Below the pieces are notes generated by a model. It saw only the letters and a program-made list of their open reading frames with translations, was not told the origin of the DNA and did no database searches. Shown in pieces: positions 1-15,055 of a DNA stretch of 64,000 nt (position 1 is its first letter; each line of letters begins with the position of its first letter). A program made the position numbers and the translations under genes. This DNA is from Oceanispirochaeta sp. (GTDB lineage Bacteria; Spirochaetota; Spirochaetia; DSM-2461): assembly GCA_963663385.2 (NCBI GenBank), contig CAXXXD010000002.1, positions 1,632,001-1,696,000 of the forward strand, given 5' to 3'.

Positions 1-662
1 ACGCTGATTATCCTGTTTCTGCCGGCAATCAGCCATAGATCGTCCGAGCCGGCCAGAGAGGAGTAGAAAGACATTTCATCGATCGTTATAAAAAACAGGA
101 TTTCCCGGTCTCCGAAATTCTGAAGGATGGCGTAATTGACCGTCCTGCCTTCTTCCGTCCGCCCTTCCAGAACCAGGGATTTATTGAACCCTTTCATTTT
201 TTTCAAACGGGATATCATATTGGTCCCTGCGGACTCCTCCAGCCCCATGACATCTAAGAAGTATGACGTTTTAGACAGGCTGCTGACCGGATTGATGACG
301 GAATACTCCTCTCCGGAATAGGACACGCCGATTGTGTACCTGAATCCCGATAGCTTGAGAAGATTTTTCTTCAGTTCCTTTTGAACGTTGAAGGAATTGA
401 AGTAGTAATCCTTTTCTTCGGAATAAGCCCATAGCTCGATTATTTCGGAGGTGCGGATGTTATTGAGGGAGGTATAGATAATATCCATCTGGACATCGAG
501 CTGCTGAGCCTGGGATGATATCAGTTTCTGGATGGCGTGCTTACTCTCCTCATTGGCGATTTTACCGTTGAAAAAAATAAAACCGCCCGAAATTACGGAG
601 ATAAATACAAGAAGAAGAGATGAATATGTGAGAAATATTTTTTTTCTATATGTTCCTTTCAC
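1..662 (-). CDS. Membrane-anchored sensor/regulator, N-terminal part (runs off the window edge); possibly a YesS-like AraC regulator or a sensor kinase
   Basis: Manual translation from GTG at 662 gives MKGTYRKKIFLTYSSLLLVFISVISGGFIFF..., a basic N-terminus, one TM helix and a helical extracytoplasmic domain. It lies directly downstream of the sulfatase genes. It is absent from the ORF track, presumably because no stop falls in the window. Confidence 0.55.
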   Translation of the reverse strand, partial: MKGTYRKKIFLTYSSLLLVFISVISGGFIFFNGKIANEESKHAIQKLISSQAQQLDVQMDIIYTSLNNIRTSEIIELWAYSEEKDYYFNSFNVQKELKKNLLKLSGFRYTIGVSYSGEEYSVINPVSSLSKTSYFLDVMGLEESAGTNMISRLKKMKGFNKSLVLEGRTEEGRTVNYAILQNFGDREILFFITIDEMSFYSSLAGSDDLWLIAGRNRIIS

Positions 663-714
663 TTTTTCCGCTCATGTCCTTATTATATTTGAAGCACTGG
701 ATAATATCACTTTT

Positions 715-2082
715 TCAGGATATCAGCCAGTCTCCCTGCCTGGTCATTGTGTTCAGGCATAACGCCCTCAGTTCCCCTGCCTTATCCTTGTATTCCGATT
801 TCCCCGCGCAATTGGTCAGTTCCATCGGATCGGCGGACAGGTCATAGAGTTCCTCTCTGTCATCGGGAGTATAGATGTATTTATAGCCGCCTTTGACGAC
901 TCCTCTTCTCATATTACCGTACCATGATATCCCGGAGAACTGGAGGAACAGGGCCCTGTCTCCTGCCGTTTTTTCCCCTCTGATTACCGGTAGAAGGGAT
1001 TGCCCCTCCAGCTGACGCTCCGGGGGCTCCGAAATGAGATCCAGAATGGTCGGCATGATATCGAGGTGGGATACGGCTTCCCGCGAGAGGCCTGTGTTTT
1101 CTTCCGGAATCCTCAGAAGCAGCGGAACCCGGACAGCCTGTTCGTAGAGCTCCATTTTCTGGAACATCCTGTGCTGTCCCAGATGATCCCCATGGTCGGA
1201 TGTGAAGATTACGGCCGTACTGTTCCAGAGGCCTTTCTCCTTCAGAGCATCAATAACCCTGCCTATGGCCCTGTCTGCCAGGTGAACAAGGCCCAGGTGG
1301 GCAGACCAGGCTTCCCTCCATTGCTGTTCACCTACATTTTCCGCCAGTCTGGCCGGCACGCCGTTCCTCCTTTTGGGAGGCTCTCCAACAGCGGGTATGC
1401 CAACATTGTCAGGGAGCTTTATCTGTTCGGGAGGAAAGAGTGAGTAATAGGGTTCGGGAAGCCGCATGGGCGGATGAGGCGCCCATAAATTCAGGAACAG
1501 GGCAAAAGGTCTGTCCCTGTCCTCCCGGATATAATCGACGGCTCTGTCGGCAAACCAGTTATCCAGAAAGACAGATTCGTCATAAGGGAAAAGGGAGCGG
1601 CGGGGATTGGAGTATCGTCTCTCCACATCCTTTCCATTCTCGGTCATCAGGAAGGCATCCGTATTTCTCCTGTCCGGAGTGAGATCGATGCCCCTCTCTT
1701 CCGCCCAGGTTTCGTATTCACCGTTGCTCTGCCAGCACCGGAAGTCGACATCCTCTTCAAGAGGAGGCAGAACCCGGATGTGATGAACCCCGATATGGGC
1801 CATTTCATAACCGGCCTGCTCCAGGTATTTATGAATGGTTTTCTGAGCCGTTGCTGACTCCCCGGCCCAGTCGTTATAGGTCACGCCGTTTTCGATGGGC
1901 GGGATTCCGGTTGCCAGAGCCGTTCTGGCCGGAACGCAGAGGGGCGATGTATTGTAGCAGCTGCTGAAATGAAACGAATCCCTCATAAGCCTGTTCAGGT
2001 TAGGAGTCACTTCCTTTCCGCACTGAATCATTCCGAGGCTGTCGTTGCGCTGATGGTCCGTCATAATATGCAGTATATTCAC
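715..2082 (-). CDS. Sulfatase (formylglycine-dependent, choline-sulfatase-like)
   Basis: NILHIMTDHQR N-terminus, CxPxR motif (LCVPAR), TSDHGD, ELYDLSADP. Confidence 0.93.
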   Translation of the reverse strand: MNILHIMTDHQRNDSLGMIQCGKEVTPNLNRLMRDSFHFSSCYNTSPLCVPARTALATGIPPIENGVTYNDWAGESATAQKTIHKYLEQAGYEMAHIGVHHIRVLPPLEEDVDFRCWQSNGEYETWAEERGIDLTPDRRNTDAFLMTENGKDVERRYSNPRRSLFPYDESVFLDNWFADRAVDYIREDRDRPFALFLNLWAPHPPMRLPEPYYSLFPPEQIKLPDNVGIPAVGEPPKRRNGVPARLAENVGEQQWREAWSAHLGLVHLADRAIGRVIDALKEKGLWNSTAVIFTSDHGDHLGQHRMFQKMELYEQAVRVPLLLRIPEENTGLSREAVSHLDIMPTILDLISEPPERQLEGQSLLPVIRGEKTAGDRALFLQFSGISWYGNMRRGVVKGGYKYIYTPDDREELYDLSADPMELTNCAGKSEYKDKAGELRALCLNTMTRQGDWLIS

Positions 2083-3500
2083 AGTTCATCTCCAAAGGGA
2101 TCGTTGATAGAGTCCAGCCAGTCTTTCAGCCTGGCTTCAAGCGCCGCCGCGACGGAACTGTCTCCGGGAGATTCCGGCATTAATGGGGCAGTCTGAAGGG
2201 GATCTTCCATCAGATTGTAGAGGTACCGGACCGTTTTCTCTCCCGGAGCGTATCCGCGGTGAACCACATAGCAGTGACTGTGGGTTCTCAGGGCTCTCCA
2301 TCCGTATGAAAGATTGTTCAATCCCTTCTGCTCAAATGCCCTTACGGCGTCCGCCCGGCCGGGGTAAGCTGCCAGAAAAGCCTGTTCGGGAAGGGCCCCA
2401 CACTCCCTGCCCAGCATATGGTCCGAGTAATCAAATCCCTGAACGCTGTCTCCGGGACGGATTCCCATAAGAGCCAGGATAGACGGCAGGTGATCGGGGC
2501 TGTTCAGAAGTGCTCCGGTCCGGTCCGGTTGTATTTTCCCGGGCCACCTGATGATAAAGGGGATGCCCACGGACTCTTCGAACCAGACATGTTTATGGAG
2601 AAGACTGTGGGATCCCAGCATTTCGCCGTGGTCCGCCGAAAGCACGACGATGGTATTGTCTTTCAGCCCCGCTTCCTCAAGGTAATCGAGAAGCCGGCCC
2701 ACATTGTGATCGATCCCCGATACGGCGGCGAAGTAATTCAAGCAGTCTTCCCTGTGTTCAGCGTCGCTTAAATTTTCCCATGGACCCGTATGGTCTTTTA
2801 CCCGTCCTGTCCGGACATTGTCCCTCGGTTTGAAAGAGGTATTCCGGTAAAGGTCTCTGTAGCAGGAGGGAACCTGATCGAAGGGCGTATGGGGCGGATT
2901 GTAGGATATAAACAGGGCAAAAGGATTCCAGGCTTGATTCTGCTCTTCCAGAAAACGGAGAGCCGTGTCTGTTTCATGTTCAACCGACCATTTCCCGGGC
3001 CTGATCTTCCTGTGGGAATCCTCCCAGTAGTGGGGATCGGCATGGTTATCCATGGCGCCGTAGGAATGCCAGAAGTCGAAGCCCTGCCGTTTTTCTCCCG
3101 GAGGGGTATAGGCGTCCCAGCCTGACGCACCGGAAAGAGGATGGTCGCTGTTGTTGAGTTCCGGGTTGTCGAGGTGCCATTTCCCCAGGTAGGCTGTGGA
3201 GTAACCCTCGCGTTTCAGGCTGTTGCCGAAGGAATCATCGTCGGGTTTCAGGTACACGGGGGAGGGCAGCCCGGTTTTGCAGTTTGTCCAGACACCGGTA
3301 GAGAAGGGGTATTTGCCCGTCATCATCGAAGCCCTGTGGGGAGAACATAGGGGACAAGCCGAGAGAGCCTGGTCGAAAACCAGCGATTCCGATGCGAAGG
3401 CATCCATTCTCGGTGTCAGCACGGGATCTTCATTCATAAAGCCGAGGGCGTGGCGACGCCACTGATCGGCGAAAATATATATCAGGTTCGGTTTCTTCAT
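2079..3500 (-). CDS. Sulfatase
   Basis: KPNLIYIFADQWR, CSPHRAS, GKWHL, SADHGE motifs; 4-bp overlap with the downstream sulfatase. Confidence 0.93.
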   Translation of the reverse strand: MKKPNLIYIFADQWRRHALGFMNEDPVLTPRMDAFASESLVFDQALSACPLCSPHRASMMTGKYPFSTGVWTNCKTGLPSPVYLKPDDDSFGNSLKREGYSTAYLGKWHLDNPELNNSDHPLSGASGWDAYTPPGEKRQGFDFWHSYGAMDNHADPHYWEDSHRKIRPGKWSVEHETDTALRFLEEQNQAWNPFALFISYNPPHTPFDQVPSCYRDLYRNTSFKPRDNVRTGRVKDHTGPWENLSDAEHREDCLNYFAAVSGIDHNVGRLLDYLEEAGLKDNTIVVLSADHGEMLGSHSLLHKHVWFEESVGIPFIIRWPGKIQPDRTGALLNSPDHLPSILALMGIRPGDSVQGFDYSDHMLGRECGALPEQAFLAAYPGRADAVRAFEQKGLNNLSYGWRALRTHSHCYVVHRGYAPGEKTVRYLYNLMEDPLQTAPLMPESPGDSSVAAALEARLKDWLDSINDPFGDEL

Positions 3501-3521
3501 TCTGCTTCACTTCTGTTGAAC

Positions 3522-3541
3522 GGAGGTCCCGAAGGACCTCC
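3522..3541 (-). terminator. Intergenic hairpin (mRNA stabiliser or weak terminator) after the SBP gene
   Basis: GGAGGTCC-CGAA-GGACCTCC is a perfect 8-bp stem; it gives a C(UUCG)G loop on the minus-strand transcript; no U-tract. Confidence 0.5.
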
Positions 3542-3550
3542 TCTGTTTAT

Positions 3551-5113
3551 TTAAAGACCGTTATACACATCAAAGGCTGCCTGATTTATTTCAATGGCCT
3601 TTTCGATGCCTTTGTCTTTGAGCTTCCGGACATAGGAGGGATAATCCGCTTCGAAATCCGAACTGCCCATCAGCCATTTCTGGATCATTTCAAGTGTGTA
3701 ATTTTCTATCTGGGACATAATTCTCAGATATTCCCTTTCCTGTTCAGGGGTGTATTTCAGAAGGATGTAGCCGTCGCTTGTGGGAATTTCTCTTTTTACA
3801 TACCCGCCGTCGATGTACATCTGCATTCCCTCTGCGGCAATTTCGTTCAGCCATGCTTTTTCGTAGGCAAAATCCTGGACCATACCAATCCTGTACTGAA
3901 CGCCATATCCTCTCAGAGTCGCAAGAGCCGTTTTGTCGGAGTTCATGACTTTGTCCGTGTAAACCGGTTTATTGCCGTCAAGGGTATAGGTTTCCCCTTC
4001 GATTCCGTAGTTGATGAGCTTGTGCCCTTCGGGAGTAAAAAAGTAGTTGAAATATTTTATTACAGTTACAGGGTCCTCGCAGGACGAAGAGATTCCCCAT
4101 CCGGGACCATGGCATCTGGCGGATTTTTCAACTCTCTCGCCATTCTGGTTCTTAACGGGAATCATGGGTCTGAATTCAAATCCCTCGATCGTATCGGCCA
4201 GCTTGGTGTTGTAGTTGGCTGTCGATCCGAACCAGTCATGGGTGAATCCTCCGATATCCTGGCCGAGCATCACGTCTCTGGCCCCCAGTCCCCTGGTGAA
4301 TATCTCGGGATCGATCAGTCCCTCTTTGTACCATTTTGCCAGGGTTTTCATAGCCAGCTTGAATTCCTCCTCCATGGGACCGTAGACGATATTTCCGTCT
4401 TTGACGTCAAAGGAACTTGCGGCATCCCACATGTGAAAAAGGTTCCAGAGATTTCCGTCGCTGTTTCGTCTGAAATAGGGGATTTCATCGGCTTTTCCGT
4501 TTCCGTTGGGGTCCTGTGTCTTAAAAGCCGTCAGAGCATCATACAGTTCGTCGATGGTCTGGGGAACTTCCAGGTTGAGCTTCTTCAGCCAGTCCGTTCT
4601 GATGAAGTAACCCATAGCCACATCCACTTCCATGAACTTGGGTACCACATAGATGTTTCCGTCCAGAGATGTGGCCGCTTTCAGATAATCGGGATTCTCA
4701 TCCAGAATCCTCTGAAGATCCGGAGCGTGTTCGGCAATAAGATCGTTCAGGGGAATCAGTCCTCCCTCTCTTCCGAGGGATTCCAGTTTGGATATATCCC
4801 TGTACCCAATGATATCGGGAAGGTCTCCGGCAGTGATCATGAGGTTGAAAGCCGACTGCTCGTCCGACGAGCTCTGGGACGCAACGCCTTTCAGGTATAC
4901 GTTGGTGTTTTCCGCTGAGGCCTTGAACACGGGCCATTCGGGGTTGAAGGGCATGTTGTTAAAAATATTAAAATAGGTGAACTCCAGGGGAGTCGAGCTT
5001 ATAAGACTGCCGGTCAGCGGCACTTCCTGCTGTTTTCCCCTGTCCTGCTGCCCGTTGGCGAACAAACCACTGCCTAAAGCGCAGATGCACAAAATCAAAA
5101 ATACTCTTTTCAT
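3551..5113 (-). CDS. ABC transporter extracellular solute-binding protein (LplA-like, carbohydrate)
   Basis: Start reassigned to MKRVF... (AAGGAG upstream); signal peptide, GDLPDII, IRTDWLKKLNLEVPQT, DPNGNGKADEIP motifs. Confidence 0.9.
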   Translation of the reverse strand: MKRVFLILCICALGSGLFANGQQDRGKQQEVPLTGSLISSTPLEFTYFNIFNNMPFNPEWPVFKASAENTNVYLKGVASQSSSDEQSAFNLMITAGDLPDIIGYRDISKLESLGREGGLIPLNDLIAEHAPDLQRILDENPDYLKAATSLDGNIYVVPKFMEVDVAMGYFIRTDWLKKLNLEVPQTIDELYDALTAFKTQDPNGNGKADEIPYFRRNSDGNLWNLFHMWDAASSFDVKDGNIVYGPMEEEFKLAMKTLAKWYKEGLIDPEIFTRGLGARDVMLGQDIGGFTHDWFGSTANYNTKLADTIEGFEFRPMIPVKNQNGERVEKSARCHGPGWGISSSCEDPVTVIKYFNYFFTPEGHKLINYGIEGETYTLDGNKPVYTDKVMNSDKTALATLRGYGVQYRIGMVQDFAYEKAWLNEIAAEGMQMYIDGGYVKREIPTSDGYILLKYTPEQEREYLRIMSQIENYTLEMIQKWLMGSSDFEADYPSYVRKLKDKGIEKAIEINQAAFDVYNGL

Positions 5114-5165
5114 GAATAACTCCTTTTTCCGACTGCAGGGCAGGCGGTAATATAAATATCGCAAT

Positions 5166-6062
5166 TTATCCTTTTATTGAACCGACCATGGCTCCTCTTT
5201 TGAAAAACCGCTGGATATAGGGATAAATAACAAGCATGGGAACCGCTGCGATAATGATCACAGCGTATATGACCGTAAGGGGTGAGCTGAGAGACTCGGG
5301 AGATATGATTCCCGCTTCGTCAGCTCCGGAAACCCGGTCTACGATCAGTTTTTTTAGCAGAACCTGGAGGGGAATCTTCGAATCGTCCCGCAGCAGTACC
5401 ATGGACCAGAAATAACCGTTCCACCGGGAGACGGCGTAAAACATCCCCACAGTCGCCAGCGCAGGCTTGGACAGGGGCAGGTATACGGTCCTGAAAATCT
5501 GATAACTGTTGGCTCCATCGATAAATGCGGCTTCCTCAAGAGATCGGGGAACCGATTCGAAAAAGGTTTTCATAATCATCAGGTTGTAGGTGTTTATGGC
5601 AAACACCAGCAGAACGGATGTTCTGGAGTCCATCAGGTGCAAATCCACTACGTTCAGATAGAAGGGGATTGTCCCCGCTTTGAACCAGAGTGTAATTACA
5701 GCCATAAGCATAAAGAACTTTCTGAAAAGCAGCCTTTCCTTGGAAAGAACATACGCACCCGTCGTGGTGAACAGCATATTTACGAATGTGCCGAAAAATG
5801 TGTAGTAAAATGTATTGCCGTAGGCTGTCCACAGTCCCTCAATGGCAAAAGCCTTTCTGAATGAATCGAGCGTGAAACCCACGGGAAGAATCGTCACTTC
5901 TCCCGTAAGAAGGTAGTAGGGTTTGCTGACCGAAGCAATAACAATGTAGTAGAGCGGATAGAGGACAAGCAGTGTCAATACAATACAGAGGATCGTATTG
6001 AACAGGTTGAATGCCTTTTCACCCGCGGTTTCCCGCAGAAGGCCGTTTTTTATATTTACCAT
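5166..6062 (-). CDS. Carbohydrate ABC transporter permease (LplC-like)
   Basis: EAA loop (SLEEAAFIDGA), multiple TM helices, C-terminal GAMVGSIKG. Confidence 0.92.
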   Translation of the reverse strand: MVNIKNGLLRETAGEKAFNLFNTILCIVLTLLVLYPLYYIVIASVSKPYYLLTGEVTILPVGFTLDSFRKAFAIEGLWTAYGNTFYYTFFGTFVNMLFTTTGAYVLSKERLLFRKFFMLMAVITLWFKAGTIPFYLNVVDLHLMDSRTSVLLVFAINTYNLMIMKTFFESVPRSLEEAAFIDGANSYQIFRTVYLPLSKPALATVGMFYAVSRWNGYFWSMVLLRDDSKIPLQVLLKKLIVDRVSGADEAGIISPESLSSPLTVIYAVIIIAAVPMLVIYPYIQRFFKRGAMVGSIKG

Positions 6063-6074
6063 TTAATTCCCCTT

Positions 6075-7007
6075 TTATAAGAGACCGTTCTCTGTTATTT
6101 TTTTACTGATGCTGTTGGACAGCAGGACCAGTCCCAGAGCTATCAGAGCCTCAAACAGCCCGGCAGCGGTAGCGAGCCCGAACTGCTGCTGCTGGATTCC
6201 GATTCTGTACACAAATGTACTGATGACGTCGGATGTCTCGAAAGTCGCCGGCTGGTAAAGCAGGATAATGGACTCAAATCCTATATTGATCATCTTGCCT
6301 ATGTTGAGAACGAACATGATCATAATCGTGGGAAGTATGGTGGGGACCGTAATATTCAGCATCTGGCTCCACTTTCCCGCGCCGTCGACTCTGGCCGCTT
6401 CATAAAGCTGCTGGTCGATTCCGGCCAGGGCCGCGATATACACAATGGCGTTGAAACCCGTTTCCCTCCAGACAATCATGGATGTGTAGATTTCTCTGAA
6501 ATATTCAGGCTTGACCATAAAGTAGACCGATTCGCCTCCCATCTTTTTAATCAGGGTGTTTATAATGCCCGAGCTGGGAGATAGAAAATTGACAACCATT
6601 CCGCATACAACGACTATGGAAATAAAGTAAGGCATAAAGGAAACCGTCTGCACTGTTTTCTTGAACCAGACAGATTTGAGCTCATTGATCAGAAGAGCCA
6701 GGATAATCGACGCGGGAAAGGCGAAGACTATTCTGTACAGGGTAATAAATAGTGTGTTTTTTACTGTTCTCAGAAAATCGTCGCTTCCCATAAAGACCCT
6801 GAAATTTTCAAGGCCGATCCAGTCGCTTCCGCCCATTCCCCGGAATATGCTGTAATCCTGAAACGCGATAAGAAGTCCGCCCATGGGTTTGTATGCGAAT
6901 AGGCAGTACCATATGAACATCGGCAGCAGGAGCATATACAGCGTCCAGTCCTGCCTTATTATTTTTCCGTAATTCTGAAGAGATTTTACCATCCCTTTCT
7001 CTTTCAT
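6075..7007 (-). CDS. Carbohydrate ABC transporter permease (LplB-like)
   Basis: EAA loop (LYEAARVDGA); start reassigned to ATG at 7007 behind a GGAGGA RBS. Confidence 0.9.
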   Translation of the reverse strand: MKEKGMVKSLQNYGKIIRQDWTLYMLLLPMFIWYCLFAYKPMGGLLIAFQDYSIFRGMGGSDWIGLENFRVFMGSDDFLRTVKNTLFITLYRIVFAFPASIILALLINELKSVWFKKTVQTVSFMPYFISIVVVCGMVVNFLSPSSGIINTLIKKMGGESVYFMVKPEYFREIYTSMIVWRETGFNAIVYIAALAGIDQQLYEAARVDGAGKWSQMLNITVPTILPTIMIMFVLNIGKMINIGFESIILLYQPATFETSDVISTFVYRIGIQQQQFGLATAAGLFEALIALGLVLLSNSISKKITENGLL

Positions 7008-7444
7008 TCGTTCCTCCAAATTTTTCTTCAACGGAGTCAGTTTAAACTCCGATTTAGAAAAACGTATATTGCTATTAATCAACAGGTTTGCCGTTTTCCA
7101 TTCCGGGAAGGGGGCTTTGTGTGATAATAAATCATCATTTTTCAACAGAAGTGCGAATATCAACAACCTGCTTTTTTGATATTGAGGAGGGATTCCCGCG
7201 ATATGGCATGTTGTGGAATGCTTTAAAGGGGCTGGTGATGTAAGTGAAGTCAATTATTATTCCGGAAGAGGGGAGCTCTATTATTATGAATATCCCGGTC
7301 GCAGGAATCCGGTTAACGGCGGAGGGAAAGGCAGGATTTCATCCCGGTCCTTTCACGTTTCTCTGAGAATCGGCTGATTTTCTTCTAAGCCAATTTATAC
7401 CAGATTTCCTGATTTAACCCGCCGACAACGTTTCTAATGATTCC

Positions 7445-8875
7445 TCAGTGATCTCCTTTCCGGGGATCCTGATCAAATAGGGAAATCGCCCCTATATACA
7501 GACGGACAGCCTGTTCCAAAGTTGTCAGACTTACGGCCTCATCGGGCCCATGGGCATCCCCGTAGTTCTCCCCGAGAGGCTTTTTTTCTTCCGGATTTCC
7601 TGCTCCGAAACCAACCGCTCCAGGGATTTTGCGGGCATATGTTCCTCCAGCCATTGTATAGGGAAGGGTATGAGAACCTGTCATCCTGTTATAAAGTTCT
7701 GTCAGATTCTGAACCAGAGGACTTTCTGCTTTCACAATCGAGGGAGGGCTGTCAAAAATGACACTGTATTCTCCCCCTGCAGGCTTTATCAAATCAGTTA
7801 CAGCTCCTTTAATCCTCTCTGATCTGTCCGTTACCGGATAGCGGATATCCAGGGAAAGGATTACTTCCTGTTCTTTCATTCTCAGCATGGTGGCACAGCA
7901 GCTCAGAGAACCTGAAATCTCATCTGTATACCCGATACCGGAGTTTTGACAGTATGGATCAGATAGAATGGTATCCAATACAGACAGGATCCCCTCATCT
8001 TCGGCAGGAAATAACTCCAGGGTCTTTACAAATGTAACAATAGGTAAAAGGGCATTTTTCCCTGTCTGAGGGGCAGAAGAATGAGCACTCCTCCCGGCTG
8101 CCTCCAGTACAAGGATTCCATTGCAGTTGCCCGCTGTCAAACCCTCCGGTAGAACAGTGGCATCAATTCTGTCAGGATCCCCCTTCAGTTCAATACGAGC
8201 ATACTCTGCCACCGATGAGGGTGTACTACCTCCTTCAAAATGAACAATCTTTTTACTGCGGAGAGGGAGCCTGAGGTCCAGGCGCAGGATTCCCTTTTCT
8301 CCGTGGCAAACCGGAAAATCATCATCCGCAACCAATGAGATATCCGGTGCGGGAGCATGTTCCAGATAATAATCCATATCATCCATGCCCCGCTCTTCGT
8401 TGCACCCTAATACCAGGAATATCCGATTTTTTAGTATGATTCTATTGCGAATGAAATACTTAAGGGCGAATAGAAGAGCAACTACTGGGCCTTTATCATC
8501 AACGGTACCACGCCCTACAATATAATCTGCGATGCGGGTAGCCTGAAACGGAGGATATCTCCACCCCTCGCCGGCAGGTACAACATCAAGATGCCCGAAC
8601 AGGGCAATGCTCGCCCCATCGGAAGCTTTTCCCGCCGGAAGTCCTATTTCAGTACAGTAATTGTCAAAATTCCGGACGGTAAATCCCATTTCCCGTGCGA
8701 TTTCTTCCGCCTTTACAAGAACATTGAAACAGCTTTCACCGTAAGGTTTTCCCGGCTGAGATTCCTCCCGGACACTGGGAATGGTAATCAGTTGAGATAA
8801 CACCGAAATCATGGATTCACGATTCTCTTCCAGAAAACGTTCTATCCCGACCGGATCAAGAGATGCCTTTGTCAT
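7445..8875 (-). CDS. M20 family dipeptidase (PepV/Sapep-like)
   Basis: GHLDVVPAG, GRGTVDDKGP, GCNEE, GGTYAR, AHGPDE metal-binding motifs. Confidence 0.9.
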   Translation of the reverse strand: MTKASLDPVGIERFLEENRESMISVLSQLITIPSVREESQPGKPYGESCFNVLVKAEEIAREMGFTVRNFDNYCTEIGLPAGKASDGASIALFGHLDVVPAGEGWRYPPFQATRIADYIVGRGTVDDKGPVVALLFALKYFIRNRIILKNRIFLVLGCNEERGMDDMDYYLEHAPAPDISLVADDDFPVCHGEKGILRLDLRLPLRSKKIVHFEGGSTPSSVAEYARIELKGDPDRIDATVLPEGLTAGNCNGILVLEAAGRSAHSSAPQTGKNALLPIVTFVKTLELFPAEDEGILSVLDTILSDPYCQNSGIGYTDEISGSLSCCATMLRMKEQEVILSLDIRYPVTDRSERIKGAVTDLIKPAGGEYSVIFDSPPSIVKAESPLVQNLTELYNRMTGSHTLPYTMAGGTYARKIPGAVGFGAGNPEEKKPLGENYGDAHGPDEAVSLTTLEQAVRLYIGAISLFDQDPRKGDH

Positions 8876-8940
8876 ATTTATTCCTCTTTTATTATTGGGT
8901 TACCTGAATTTCCTATTCAGGTATACCACAATCCTGATTA

Positions 8941-9098
8941 AAGTCAAATATTTTACTAAAACAAAGTAAAAAATTTACTTGATTCAACATGATTCTTCTG
9001 GTTTCCCTAAAAAAAATCTATTTTCATGCAATAAATTTCTTGACAAGGAAGTGGAAACGGGTAAAAATCAGTAAACAAGTTAATAATTTTACTAAAAT
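8941..9098. promoter_or_regulatory. Divergent promoter region with repeated putative LacI/EbgR-type operators
   Basis: TTTTACTAAAA occurs at 8951-8961 and 9087-9097 (near-palindrome ATTTTA-C-TAAAAT); further AGTAAA half-sites; TTGACA at 9040 (+) and TTGACT on the minus strand near 8942-8947. Confidence 0.5.
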
Positions 9099-9117
9099 CT
9101 ATATATGCGGTGAGTAA

Positions 9118-13289
<4,172 letters not shown>

Positions 13290-13305
13290 AAGGAGATCCT
13301 ACTGA

Positions 13306-14187
13306 ATGAAAAAATCCAGCGATGCTTTCCGCATCAATCAGAAAAATGCCCCGTACTTTTTTTTAGCTCCGGTAATCATTGTTTTTCTGTTGTTTATGAT
13401 CTACCCGATCATCCATTCTTTTATCCTCAGTTTTCAGAAATTCGAAGACGGGATTTACAGCTTCGTCGGTTTTGGAAACTATATAACACTTCTGCAGGAC
13501 CCGGTTTTCTGGAATGCCTTGAAGAATACCTTCATCTACCTGTTGTTCCAGGTGCCCCTTATGGTTGTACTGTCCCTGTCCCTGGCTGTTCTCCTGGACC
13601 AGAGTTTTCTGCGTATGAAACCGCTGTTCCGTATGACCCTGTTCCTTCCGTCCATCACAGCACTGGTTGCCTATGCAATTGTTTTCAAGATGATGCTGAA
13701 TACGGAATACGGGATTGTCAACCATCTGCTACAAACGGCAGGACTCCCGAAGATTGACTGGCTGAATACAACCTGGGGGGCTCGTGTTTCCATCATAATG
13801 GCTATCACCTGGAGATGGACTGGATACAATATGGTCATTATGATTGCAGGATTGCAGTCCATCCCGACCTCTCTGTACGAATCCGCCTGTATCGACGGGG
13901 CGAATGCCTGGGTAAAACTGACTAAAATTACTATCCCGATGATGAAGCATATCATTCTGTTTGTCAGTATCACGTCCACCATAGGAACCCTCATGCTCTT
14001 TGATGAATCCCTGATTCTCACTAATGGAGGACCTGACAATGCGACAATCACAACAGGACACCATCTATACAATTCAGGTTTTCAGTTCTTCAAGTTTGGT
14101 TATGCCGCATCCATAAGCTATGTCCTGGTTTTGATTATCGCAGTTCTGTCATTCATACAATTCAAGCTTTCCAGAGAGGAAAAATGA
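13306..14187 (+). CDS. Sugar ABC transporter permease (lactose-type)
   Basis: LYESACIDGA EAA loop, TM helices. Confidence 0.92.
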   Translation: MKKSSDAFRINQKNAPYFFLAPVIIVFLLFMIYPIIHSFILSFQKFEDGIYSFVGFGNYITLLQDPVFWNALKNTFIYLLFQVPLMVVLSLSLAVLLDQSFLRMKPLFRMTLFLPSITALVAYAIVFKMMLNTEYGIVNHLLQTAGLPKIDWLNTTWGARVSIIMAITWRWTGYNMVIMIAGLQSIPTSLYESACIDGANAWVKLTKITIPMMKHIILFVSITSTIGTLMLFDESLILTNGGPDNATITTGHHLYNSGFQFFKFGYAASISYVLVLIIAVLSFIQFKLSREEK

Positions 14188-14999
14188 TGAAGAAGACTCT
14201 AACTTATCTCATTCTGATAATAGCCCTAGTTATATCCTTATTCCCTTTTTACTTTATGTTTATCTCTGCCGGGAATTCCAACAACGAAATCCTGAGATCT
14301 CCTCCATCCCTTACATATGGCCCCTATATAAAGGACAATCTGATTGCTCTGAACGGTAAAATCAATCTTCTCAGAGTCATTTTCAATTCATTGTTCATAA
14401 CTGGCAGTTATACGATACTGTCAATACTGATCCACTCAATGGCCGGTTTTGCTCTGAGTAAGTACCATTTCCGTATGAAAAACGTGTTTTTTGCCATCAT
14501 TATGACGACCATGATGATACCCGCGCAGGTACTCTATGTCCCTCTCTTTACCCTGATGAACAGGATTGGATGGGTAAACAGTTATCAGGCCGTTATACTT
14601 CCGACACTGGCCAATGCCTTCGGAATCTTTCTGATGCGGCAGAATATGCTCTCCTTTCCCGATGCTCTGATGGAAGCGGCAAGGATAGATGGCTACAGCG
14701 AATTCTCAATCTTTTTCCAGATCGTATTACCCAATATGAAATCGGCATTAGGGGCTCTGGGTATCTATATGTTCCTGAGTATGTGGAACAGCTTTATGTG
14801 GCCCCTCATCATAATGAGCACAAAAAATATGTATAACTTTCCTGTAGCACTCTCCATGCTGGACGGCAATATCTGGCAGAAGAATTACGGAGTTATCATG
14901 CTGGCAACGTCAATTGCGACTCTTCCGATCCTGGTTATATTCCTGATACTGCAGAATCAGTTTATATCCGGTGTTATGGGAGGAGCTGTGAAAGAATAG
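14184..14999 (+). CDS. Sugar ABC transporter permease
   Basis: LMEAARIDG EAA loop, C-terminal GVMGGAVKE. Confidence 0.92.
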   Translation: MMKKTLTYLILIIALVISLFPFYFMFISAGNSNNEILRSPPSLTYGPYIKDNLIALNGKINLLRVIFNSLFITGSYTILSILIHSMAGFALSKYHFRMKNVFFAIIMTTMMIPAQVLYVPLFTLMNRIGWVNSYQAVILPTLANAFGIFLMRQNMLSFPDALMEAARIDGYSEFSIFFQIVLPNMKSALGALGIYMFLSMWNSFMWPLIIMSTKNMYNFPVALSMLDGNIWQKNYGVIMLATSIATLPILVIFLILQNQFISGVMGGAVKE

Positions 15000-15055
15000 A
15001 GATTTGTTTCACCTGAGATAAATCAATTAAATCTGTTGAAAAATTGGAGGACTTA

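Noticed and set aside
4022..4918. 298-aa + strand ORF (and similar shadow ORFs at 11316-11906 and 60571-61221)
   Set aside because: Antisense shadows of well-supported genes, with no recognisable motifs
7008..7253. Long N-terminal extension of the permease; likewise the upstream starts at 5164, 10131 and 53070
   Set aside because: Downstream starts have RBSs or stop/start overlaps and give typical protein lengths; the 53070 ATG lies inside the attC R' box
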